From positions 1 through 64,000 of the IMG/VR virus record IMGVR_UViG_3300044640_002221: a stretch of DNA of 64,000 nt, one strand, 5' to 3'. Positions 52,279 to 60,741 of this stretch are shown here, piece after piece. Positions within the stretch are counted from its first letter, which is position 1. Every line of letters begins with the position of its first letter. The stretch is from a virus. Made by a program: the position numbers and the translations under genes. A model generated the notes under the pieces. That model made no database searches and was not told the DNA's origin. It saw only the letters and a program-made list of their open reading frames with translations.

Positions 52279-53679
52279 TCAGTCTGACTCATTGAGGTCT
52301 TCTGTTCTTTCTTTAGTTTGAACCATTAGGACTATTACACAGCCATCTCGATTAAGAGGTTGTAAATAGAGTAAGTGATGCCCTGTTGTCTTAATATTAG
52401 AAGCCTGGGAGAGCTTAACGAACATCTTGTTAGTTACTTCTTCCTCTTCTTCTATCTGCTCGAAGTCAAAAGAGTCAGACATAACTCCACCCTCTAGCTT
52501 TTGTTGGCGTGTAATGTAAGTCTTTAAGGACTTTAGAGCATCTGTAAGATAAGAATGGTCCACTACTATAGGCATCCATTCTTTATCTAATCCATCAGTA
52601 GAAGGAGGAATAACCTCAGCTCGCTCTGACTTCTTGTTGTCAGAGCGTTTGGATAAAATGGCTTTACCTTCAATAAATTCTATTACTATGTCCTTGCGAG
52701 TGGCGTTCTTTTTAGGAGTACATATCTGAACAGCGTTAATTAGCTCCTGCAAATCAAAAACCCTATAACCTTTCTTTTCTACTTGTAGCCCCTTACCTTC
52801 TTTAAAGAAGTGAGCGGCTGCTCCTCTTGATAAAGCTGGACACTTGTAACCATCAATGGTTGGTATATTGGCATGACCTTGTTTGCCAACTATATGTAAC
52901 CTTTTTCCTTCTTGAGAGTATCTAAGTTCAATTCCTTGTCCTACTTCCTCATCTGAATAGATTGGTTTGGAAACAAAGGTTGTACGAGTAATGTGTCTAC
53001 CTCTTACTCCTAAATCCCAGTCCCTTCCACCTACAGTACCAATTAGAACACACAACAGCCCAGAACCTTGACTCCCATCTCGTTCTGTTGCTGTAAGGTA
53101 TAAGTTTCCTTCTCTACACCACAACCAAGCTTCTTTTTCTGTTGTATCTGCTTTGAGACTGCTGAAAGAATCACAAAGAGCGATCGCATGGAATAAGTCT
53201 AAAACTAACTCCTGGTGCACCTCAGCCAGGGTTTCATAGTCATATTCTTGAACTTTTAACTCTCTATCCTCAAACTCTGCTTCATCACCGTTGAAAGTCC
53301 CTATCAGGACATTGTTTGTAAGTTTCAACCTTTTACTGTTTGGAAGGATACAATCTACCTTCATTTGACTGGAAGGGGTTTGAGTGACTCGTAAGCCGTT
53401 TAGCTTCCAGACGTCCAGTTTTTCATTTACTCGTGTGAGTAGATCGTCTGCGTCAAATAAGTAAGTTGTACCAATAATCCCTGCTGAGTTGACATATCTT
53501 TCAAACCAGACACTTCCCGCTAAATAAGCTGTTAGACGAGAGTTGTCAGTCTCTATTTGCTCTAAACGCATAAAGGTTAAGGCAGACCCTTCTGGTAACT
53601 GTTTGTCTGGGTCATAGAGCGATCGCACTGCGGCGGTTAATTCTTTAGTTGTACCAAAGTCAATTTGAGTGATGGACAT
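52279..53679 (-). CDS. dnaN: Divergent sliding clamp (DNA pol III beta-like)
   Basis: The C-terminal pattern LQELINAVQIC...IVIEF...AILS...ERAEVI...IVVDHSYLTDALKSL...LLYLQP...VIVLMV follows beta-clamp domain III. Located in the replication cluster. Confidence 0.55.
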   Translation of the reverse strand: MSITQIDFGTTKELTAAVRSLYDPDKQLPEGSALTFMRLEQIETDNSRLTAYLAGSVWFERYVNSAGIIGTTYLFDADDLLTRVNEKLDVWKLNGLRVTQTPSSQMKVDCILPNSKRLKLTNNVLIGTFNGDEAEFEDRELKVQEYDYETLAEVHQELVLDLFHAIALCDSFSSLKADTTEKEAWLWCREGNLYLTATERDGSQGSGLLCVLIGTVGGRDWDLGVRGRHITRTTFVSKPIYSDEEVGQGIELRYSQEGKRLHIVGKQGHANIPTIDGYKCPALSRGAAAHFFKEGKGLQVEKKGYRVFDLQELINAVQICTPKKNATRKDIVIEFIEGKAILSKRSDNKKSERAEVIPPSTDGLDKEWMPIVVDHSYLTDALKSLKTYITRQQKLEGGVMSDSFDFEQIEEEEEVTNKMFVKLSQASNIKTTGHHLLYLQPLNRDGCVIVLMVQTKERTEDLNESD

Positions 53680-55871
53680 AAAATAATAGCTGCCTTATTA
53701 GACAGCTTAGAGTAGTATCTCAATTTTTCTTCTTTAACTGTCTGACTGCAGCTTATTAATTGCTTCTTGAGCATCAACAAAACTCTGTAAAGCTTTTGTT
53801 AACTCTTCATCACTAATAAAGAACAAGTTCTTTCTGTCTGTATAAGATAAAGCGTTAATTAGTAGTTGACCTACTCTTAATTCTGGGCAGGCAGTTTTTG
53901 CTACTTGTATTGTTGTTAAAAGGTCTTTCATTTTTCACCTTCTGTTGTTTTGCAATAGCTATTATATTACTCTTCCTCTTTTCTTTTTTCTCTGATTGGG
54001 TTTAACAAACGTCCCCAAGTTGGATTTTTTAAGACCGTAGAGGGTACAAAGTTTAGAGTTTGTTCTAACTCTCTTAGTTTGAACTTACTAGCTAGAAGCC
54101 ATATAGACCTTAGCATAAAAGACCTAAAGTAGTTCTGATCTTCATCTAACTTGTGTCTATGTGCTCTCTCAACCTTTAATCTACTCTCCCAGTTGTTTAT
54201 TCTAGCGTTAGAAGTAATCTGTTCCTGCTTTAAAGTCTCAAGTTTATCTAGAATAATGTTTATGCTTTTATCTAGCTGTTCTACTTTTACCTTTTTATCT
54301 GGAGTATTTACTACTTTCCACTTTGTTAAGATACACATCTGCTGCCGCAGCATTCTTCGCTTATGAATAGCACTTCTCCTCCAGTCTAATCTTTCTGCGG
54401 ATGTGTCTTCTGTTGAACCTTTTAGTTCTCCTGACTTCCAAGCTAGTATTGCTGTTTCTATCTGAGCTGTTATATCTCCTATTACAAAGTAAAGGTCACT
54501 CAACATCTCTTCACACTCTTCTAGAGAAGAAGGCAGCTTTGTAGTTTCATAAACTATTGGTGGCATTCCCCATACTCTGGGAAATCCGTAGGTGTCATGT
54601 TGTTCTTCTACAACCTCTCGGCGGTAACTTTGTAAGTCTTCTTGCATTGCTTTACTCTCTTTAGCTTATTGTGTGAGTATAACCTGTTTATATGGCTAAT
54701 AAACAGTTTCTTTTTACCTGATATAGGGCGTGTCGGCTTCTGCACCTTTACTAAACTGTCTAGGTCAAGCCCTGCCAGCACTTGTAAATCTTCTATGCAC
54801 AAGTCTGAAAAGCTTAACTCATGTAGGTGCATACCTACCTTTGTAATTACTGTATTGCTTGTGAAACCGTTAACAGACTCTTCTACCAAGTCTAAGAACT
54901 TTAGTCTGATCGGTTTCTTTAGTCTGATCGGTTTCTTTAGTAAACATAGCTTTACAGGTTTTCCATTATTCTCTGGTTTATAAAGAGCTGGGCTACTCCA
55001 GGTCTTTTCCTGTCTATACTCACTATCTTTCAGATAAGGTTTCACTATCTGCTTGATAGTCTTAATTAAATGCTTTTTGAGAGTATCTAACTCTTGGTCT
55101 GTTAGTAATGTCATAAACTGCCTTTAGTAATCGCAACCACAATCTGAACTGCTATCGTAAGAGCTGCAATCTGAACTACTATAATCATTACAGTCAAAGG
55201 TACTGCTACTGTCATCAAAAGCAGTGTGGGTAAAACGGTAACTTTCATCAACCCAGTCTTCCACTTTTGCTGTATTTAAGTTGTACTCCTTTTTACTATG
55301 GTATCTACGACTTTCTGAAGTATTTACATTAGTCTGTTTCAAAGGCTTTATATGTAATCCAGCTTTTCTTCTATCTTCTGAGTTATAAGGCCACTGAAAG
55401 TCTGGTGAGTTGAAGAACTCTTCCTTTTCTTTAGTAGTTATCCCTGCTATTTCTTCTTGAGTGGGTGCAGCCTTTCTCTGACCTAAGTTATGCACGGCAG
55501 GGTCATAAGGCCAATCAATATGTTGTTTAACTAATTCATTAAGTTCTTCATTTGTCATAAAGCCTCCTGGTTAAATATTACAAAACTCCCCTAGCTTATT
55601 CTACTAGAGGAGCTTGCGATTTGCTCTATTAGAGTCTAGATAATCATCCAAATATTCTTGTAAGCAGACAGAGCCGCAGAAAGTTCCTTGTTCATTTTGA
55701 GAATGAGGTACTAGGACTTCACTTCTAATAGTTAAAGTAACCAGCAGACTGTGGTTTAAGTCCATCTTTAGACTCCCTCCACACCAGTCGCAGCAATCTT
55801 TCTTACCTATAGCTCCTGTCATTGTTTGCCTCCTAGATATGACAAAGGGAGGGTAATACCCTCCCCTCTTA

Positions 55872-56123
55872 TCAATGAAGCCAGATTGGTCCAATATTGT
55901 ACTCAGCTCGTCCGGTCAAGGGACTGCCAGCAGCTTTAAAGAACTCAGTCTCTACTTCCACCATTATTCTGTGAATCAGCTCTGCTGCTTCTTTAGCCTC
56001 CGCGTCCCAAGCAAACTTAGGTGTAGTTGGTCTACCATCTTTATCAATTACGTTACCGTGTTTATCAAAGAAGGTTTTAGTCTCATCTATCCAAGTCTTA
56101 CCCGGAGCGCGGGCGTTTAGTTC
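55872..56123 (-). CDS. polA: Family A DNA polymerase, last exon (exon 4 in window)
   Basis: Begins GAA CTA (E of VHD-E) and ends AKEAAELIHRIMVEV...GRAEYNIGPIWLH*, a typical PolA C-terminus. Confidence 0.9.
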   Translation of the reverse strand, partial: ELNARAPGKTWIDETKTFFDKHGNVIDKDGRPTTPKFAWDAEAKEAAELIHRIMVEVETEFFKAAGSPLTGRAEYNIGPIWLH

Positions 56124-56274
56124 CACTTGTGTTACGAGTAGCCCGGTTCCGACTACTCTCTCTAGCTTTCACTAGAGGTCAGATCATATCATCCTCAGTT
56201 ATGAGGGAGCCTGTTTCGAGTGTCCGACACCCTACGTCTTGTGACTGACCGTTGAACCTTGTACGTGCTATAAG

Positions 56275-56355
56275 TGGATGCTAAAAGAGTTGAACTTTTC
56301 TTGGGTTTCCCCACGACTTATGAGGTCGTTGCCTAAACCGCTCGGCCAAGCATCC
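56275..56355 (-). tRNA. tRNA with CAU anticodon (elongator Met or Ile2), type II long variable arm, inside intron 4
   Basis: Acceptor GGATGCT/AGCATCC + A; D arm GCC/GGC; anticodon arm ACGAC-CTCATAA-GTCGT; V arm GGG-GAAA-CCC; T arm AAAAG-TTCAACT-CTTTT; 81 nt, CCA not encoded. Confidence 0.9.
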
Positions 56356-56427
56356 ATCTTTATAGTTTAGCACCTTGGCTGCTGATTGTCCATATCCTTG
56401 TTCTTTTTAAACCTGATGACAGCTAGT

Positions 56428-56703
56428 TTAACAAAGGTCTAAGTTACCTTCTGAACTATAATCTACGTCTGTCAGATGGTCTTGACAACATAAGTAAACT
56501 TTTGCGTCTGCTTTTACCAATCCATCTGCTAACAACTTCTGCACCTTATCTAAAAGCTGCTGAACTGTTATTGCTTCTGGGGGTTTAGGAGCATAGTTTT
56601 GAGGTACTAGTAATGCCCCTATGGTCTTTAAACCTGGATGAGGTGCAGCACCACTTTTGGTTATTGTTTTAGGAAGTATGTAAGGTTCTGTCATGTCTTC
56701 CAC
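56428..56703 (-). CDS. Hypothetical 91-aa protein in the P5 region of intron 4
   Basis: ORF flanked by complementary UGAUAGUUA/UAGCUGUCA and CCUUG/CAAGG segments; no endonuclease motif seen. Confidence 0.55.
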   Translation of the reverse strand: MEDMTEPYILPKTITKSGAAPHPGLKTIGALLVPQNYAPKPPEAITVQQLLDKVQKLLADGLVKADAKVYLCCQDHLTDVDYSSEGNLDLC

Positions 56704-56815
56704 TATTTATTAACTATCATTATAATCACGCTTGCCGTTTCCAGCTACGTTGTGGTGAACAAGGCTCTGAGGAATTTCCAGCAATTTAAGCTCTTTACCC
56801 ACGACCAACTAATCA

Positions 56816-56905
56816 ATCGTGCACCGCGTTTAATATTATAATTCCTGTTCCTTTAGCCTCCTTTCGTACGCGTATCATGGCTTCTTTCATCATCTGGGCG
56901 CATTC
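56816..56905 (-). CDS. polA: polA exon 3 (90 nt)
   Basis: Translates ECAQMMKEAMIRVRKEAKGTGIIILNAVHD, the segment between IQG and motif C. Confidence 0.92.
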
Positions 56906-57000
56906 CGATTATGTTATCACTGAGCTTTTTATCTCAGTTTCTAAAGATTTCTCCTTAGTCCAGGGCACGTCTTGAACAGTAAGTGGGTAGTAGGTTTGGT

Positions 57001-57411
57001 CTAGAAGGGAGAGGCGTAACCTTTCCAGTCTTCTATGGTATTTAAGGTTTGAGTCTCAGTGGTCAGTCCAGCTATTAAAGTAGAGACACCTCCTTGTAAG
57101 TTTGGTAGTTTTATTCCTTTAGAAGGATTAGCTCTTTCAAACTCTGCATAAGCTTTATCAGAGTAAAACTGCCCCGTGCTTTGCTGGAGTTGGTCTCTCA
57201 GCTTAGTGTTCTCTTCCATAGCAACAATCAACTTTTCAGTCAATTGTTGGTTCTGTGTTTGCAGGTCAGCTACTAAAGCTTGATAGCTACTGGTGAGAAC
57301 TATCTTGGTGTCAAGTATCTTCTCTAAGTCAGAAGACTCGACGAACTGTTCGTTGTGGTTGTTCATTTGTTTAGATAACGTAAGGTTGAACAATTGCGCG
57401 GTACTCTTCAA
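57001..57411 (-). CDS. Hypothetical coiled-coil protein (intron 3 cargo)
   Basis: 136-aa ORF inside L8 of intron 3. Confidence 0.55.
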   Translation of the reverse strand: MKSTAQLFNLTLSKQMNNHNEQFVESSDLEKILDTKIVLTSSYQALVADLQTQNQQLTEKLIVAMEENTKLRDQLQQSTGQFYSDKAYAEFERANPSKGIKLPNLQGGVSTLIAGLTTETQTLNTIEDWKGYASPF

Positions 57412-57979
57412 GTCTGGCTTCTAAGGTTTGGCACTTAGTTTCAAGTTGATTAATCTGCTCTACATACTTAGGAACTAAGTCTTCAAGCTCTGCCAATCTA
57501 GCTCTCAAGTGTATGAGTTCTGACTTTGAGCTTTCCTTCTTCTCTGTAGCCTTTTCAGACTGTTCATTAAAGTAGTCTTCTGCAGTACCTTCCCATAAAG
57601 GGTTAGCCTCAAGCTTATCAACTGCCCAGCGAAGAATCTTATCACTGATAATTACTTTGAAGCAGCTCTCTTCTTTTAGAAGACCAATCTTTTCCACAAC
57701 GTCCCAATGCTCATAGAGGAAGATACAGCGGTAAGCTTTTCTTCTTTCTACTCTCTCTTCTAAATAATGATTAAAAGAGTTGAAAGTTCCTCTGTCAGTT
57801 TCTACAGGGTTAGACTTAGTAGCTGATGCCAGCATATCTCTAATCTTTGTGAGAGACTCTCCAGCATCTCGGTAATGTTGAAGGCTCTTTCTCCTTAACT
57901 GTTGAGACTCTTTAAAGTTCTCGTCAGCTTCACCAAACTTAGTCATGTAATTTGTTTCTAATAGAGATAGGATAAGCAT
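57371..57979 (-). CDS. Hypothetical protein, DUF3102-like N-terminus and coiled-coil tail (intron 3 cargo)
   Basis: HYRDAGESLTKIRDM...TFNSFNHYLEE pattern. Confidence 0.45.
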   Translation of the reverse strand: MLILSLLETNYMTKFGEADENFKESQQLRRKSLQHYRDAGESLTKIRDMLASATKSNPVETDRGTFNSFNHYLEERVERRKAYRCIFLYEHWDVVEKIGLLKEESCFKVIISDKILRWAVDKLEANPLWEGTAEDYFNEQSEKATEKKESSKSELIHLRARLAELEDLVPKYVEQINQLETKCQTLEARLEEYRAIVQPYVI

Positions 57980-58320
57980 AGAACTTTTATTCTGCTAAAG
58001 GACATGACCTGTGGTTTAAACCACAGGTTCTCATTACTAATATAGCAGCTTATTCTAGAAGAAACATCTTGAGTCTTATTAAACCTTCCAACTACCTTAA
58101 TACGACCTTTGCTGCCTACTTACTGTCCGGGGGCGCTCTTGGGTCTCTTACCGTCTGTTCCTGCAATGCAAGACTGAAGACTTAGACCTGCCCGTCGCAC
58201 CTTCCTACCATTTCTGATAGGCTTGGCTCAAAGTTATCCTCAACATCACTTGGTAGGACTTTCTTATGAGTTCACCCCCTGCACTCTAAAAGTCACCTAA
58301 TAGAGGGGCAATTGTTATTT

Positions 58321-59204
58321 CAGTGTTATTACCGTCAAGGCTCTTTATCCCTGACTTCTACTGGTCACCCAGCAGCTTGGACTATTTCATTATCTAGACT
58401 TAGTAGTAGAACTCTCTTTCTATTTAAGAAGAAACCAGGTTCTTGGTACATAAGCTTGGTCAGCCGTTCAACGCGTTCCTTACTGCCGACTCTTATCACT
58501 TGCACACTCCTATTGTTGTAGATGCTAACCTTAAAGTCATTCTCTCTAAGAAAACTAACTAATTGGTCAACAAACTCTTTACTAGCAGAGCATAAAGTTA
58601 TAGCTTTGTAATCCCCTTTTGCCCCATCCTTTTTGATGTGACCATTCCCATCCATGACACCTCTAAAGAAGCTAAAACTTAAAGGAAAGTTAACCTTTAA
58701 AGATTTACTCTTTCTAGGGGTTATTCCAAGGCTAGTTAAATAAGAAGCAACTTCTTTATTAGTGAAGCTTACCTCGTAATAAGTAGTTTGGTATCTCTTG
58801 TCGAAGATAGGGTAGGGTTTCATCAATTCCCCTAAAAAGCTGCAGAAAGCTAAGGCTAAGTCTTCATCTTTTGTAACTAGACTAACCTTTCCTCTATCAT
58901 GCACGCAGCCATCTGTTGCCATTATTCCCAGCCAGTATTGAACTTCTGGGGCAAGCATTTCTGTAAATGGATTAGTTGTTACTTTCTTAGGGAGTCTTGG
59001 CATCTTTTTCTCTACTACATTCTCAGTCTAGATATCGGGCGCTCGTGGGCAGATTATTATTGGGATTCACTGCCTAGTCTCTGAACCTTCTAGGAAACCT
59101 ATGCCCTTCCTAGCTTGGCTTAGCGTTATCTTACCTTGTAAGACTTTCACTAAATTCACCCGATTTTCATTTATTGATTACTCAATAAAGGGGCTCTCTA
59201 CGGG
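58321..59204 (-). mobile_element. Group I intron 2 of polA (884 nt), with a LAGLIDADG ORF in L8, inserted after IQG
   Basis: P1 GGGU/GCCC; P2 UUAUUGA-GUAA-UCAAUAA; P3 UCGGGUG/CGCCCGA; R GUUCAGAGACUA (59086-59075); P8 UAUCUAGACU/AGUCUAGAUA; S AUGAAAUAGUCC (58390-58379). The 3' end at G58321 is inferred. Confidence 0.88.
58365..59003 (-). CDS. LAGLIDADG homing endonuclease (intron 2)
   Basis: YWLGIMATDGCV and FFRGVMDGNGHI motifs; the 3' end overlaps P8, S and P9. Confidence 0.9.
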   Translation of the reverse strand: MPRLPKKVTTNPFTEMLAPEVQYWLGIMATDGCVHDRGKVSLVTKDEDLALAFCSFLGELMKPYPIFDKRYQTTYYEVSFTNKEVASYLTSLGITPRKSKSLKVNFPLSFSFFRGVMDGNGHIKKDGAKGDYKAITLCSASKEFVDQLVSFLRENDFKVSIYNNRSVQVIRVGSKERVERLTKLMYQEPGFFLNRKRVLLLSLDNEIVQAAG

Positions 59205-59274
59205 ACCCTGGATCGCGTGGTTCACTGCAGCGCGAACCGAGCTTTCTCCTACGCCCTTAGCATTCTCTTCATCT
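59205..59274 (-). CDS. polA: polA exon 2 (70 nt)
   Basis: A + GAT...GGT gives (V)DEENAKGVGESSVRAAVNHAIQG, containing the conserved RxAxNxxIQG motif. Confidence 0.92.
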
Positions 59275-59639
59275 CTATTGTGTTATCGCCAGGGCTCTTT
59301 ATCCTTGGCTTCTGTAGGTTATTTTTCCACTACAGTACAGACTATATCATCAACTTAAAAGCAAGCAATTAGTTAAACGTACGGTGTTTTAGTCACGTAG
59401 ACTATTTTGAGTTATTCTTTCTCTTTTCTTTTTTATTACTCCTACTGCTTAAACACTACTTCTCTGACGCTGCTGTCCTCTCTTTGTAAGAAAAGTTTAG
59501 ACCCTGCTATTCTTTCCTTTAAGAAGTAAGCTCCTGTAACTATAGCTTTTGTACTTACTTCTTCTGTGGTCATATCTTGGCTTCTAAAATGTTTGTAATG
59601 GAAACACTCTGTTTGCTAAGTAGCTTGTCCTCTAGTTGG

Positions 59640-60512
59640 TCAATCTTTGGTATGTTCACTTTGTTGTGCTTGCCAGACAGTAATACCAACTTCATCTTCT
59701 ATAGCTACTAACTCAGCCGTTATGTTAAAGCTCGAAAAATCAAAAACGCTGACTAAATCTACAGATTTAATATGTACCGCTTTTAAAGACAAAGCAGAAA
59801 CTACACGATAGAATAACTCTTCTTGATTACTTACAGAGTTCTTGATTAAGTAAGTTAACTTGTAAAGTTGAGGAGTGGGAGCGGTGTTTTTAACGCTACA
59901 AACTACATTACCCTCTTCATCTTCTACTCTTGTTAAAGACCAAATAGAGTCTTCGGTACTGAACTCTCCCGCAATATCAAAGCCTTTTTGTTTAGCTAAG
60001 TTTTCAGACTCAGTGCTGAATATCTTATAAAACTCACTGACAGAAGCTTTGTTGTTTACAGAGAATACCAGTTTGTAATCTTGAGAATGCTCTTCTTCTA
60101 AGCACTCACCAACTTCACAGTCCCAAACTATCAGGTTGTCTGAGTCATAAATACGTTTTAAAGTTACTAACCTCTCAGAACCTTGAAGTGCATCTATTGT
60201 AATCTCTGCTGCTACTAAAGCTTCTTGCAGGTCTTTAACTATAACTTCTCTTTCTAAGTTAAAGCTTCTTGGTACAATTTGCTTATTAACGTAAAACTCT
60301 AGCCTGAAAGTTTTCAGGTAAGAATATCTACAATGAAGTCTATAAAGAACTGCGCCAGCTCTAGTTTGACCATCTTTAAGAGTCTCTCTAGCTGCATCTA
60401 AGTAACCCTGAAGTACCTCTCTTTCAATGCCTGGATAGCTTTGGATTAGAAACTCTAGGGTCGGGAGTTCTTTTAAAGTATCGGCAATCAAACAATTGTA
60501 TAGTTGTTGCAT
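59640..60512 (-). CDS. Hypothetical protein (intron 1 cargo)
   Basis: 290-aa ORF inside L8. Confidence 0.6.
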   Translation of the reverse strand: MQQLYNCLIADTLKELPTLEFLIQSYPGIEREVLQGYLDAARETLKDGQTRAGAVLYRLHCRYSYLKTFRLEFYVNKQIVPRSFNLEREVIVKDLQEALVAAEITIDALQGSERLVTLKRIYDSDNLIVWDCEVGECLEEEHSQDYKLVFSVNNKASVSEFYKIFSTESENLAKQKGFDIAGEFSTEDSIWSLTRVEDEEGNVVCSVKNTAPTPQLYKLTYLIKNSVSNQEELFYRVVSALSLKAVHIKSVDLVSVFDFSSFNITAELVAIEDEVGITVWQAQQSEHTKD

Positions 60513-60741
60513 GGTTATTTCTTTTAGTCTTGGTAATAATCTGATTGAAATTGTTCTTCTACGAGGTTATCAAGCTGTTCTGTAGCTATATGAGCAAAGC
60601 ATACATGGAGGCTGCTCATATAGTCGGAAGCTTCATTACCTATTACTAAAGCATTCTCTAAGTTACTAGCCAACACATCTCTATAGATTAAAAAGTCTGG
60701 CAAAACCTCTGTACTGACGGTTTAACGTCAGTTTGTATCTA

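Larger units (their letters stand above)
56124..56815 (-). ncRNA. Group I intron 4 of polA (692 nt), inserted in motif C between VHD and E; carries an ORF and a tRNA
   Basis: P1 CACGAU/GUCGUG with U-G; P10 AACUA/UAGUU; P AAAUUGCUGGAAA; Q AAUCAGCAG; R GUUCAACGGUCAG (56257-56245); S AUGAUAUGAUCUG (56192-56180); terminal G at 56124. Confidence 0.9.
56906..58320 (-). ncRNA. Group I intron 3 of polA (1415 nt), with two cargo ORFs in the P8 loop
   Basis: P2 with GUGA loop; P3 GGGGGUG/CGCCCCC; R GUGCGACGGGCAG (58200-58188); S AAGACGUGCCCU (56973-56962); P7 GGGCA/UGCCC; P8 58128-58111 pairs with 56994-56974; terminal G at 56906. Confidence 0.87.
1331..59434 (-). promoter_or_regulatory. Dispersed 15-mer AAAAAAGAAAAGAGA (minus strand), putative phage regulatory motif
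   Basis: Exact intergenic copies at 1331, 37033, 45104, 45724 and 59420; near-copies at 4505, 48009 and 53975; all in the same orientation. Confidence 0.5.

Noticed and set aside
57995-58010. AGGUCAUGUCC as the S element ending intron 3 near 57960
   Set aside because: No polA exon follows it. The element at 56973-56962 gives a perfect P7, a P8 partner, a P9 like the other introns and an in-frame exon.
58326-58340. Micro-exon (GT or ACGGT) between introns 2 and 3 using the local GGUAAU/AUUGCC pairing
   Set aside because: Neither candidate keeps the frame, and the protein alignment needs no residues between IQG and ECAQ.
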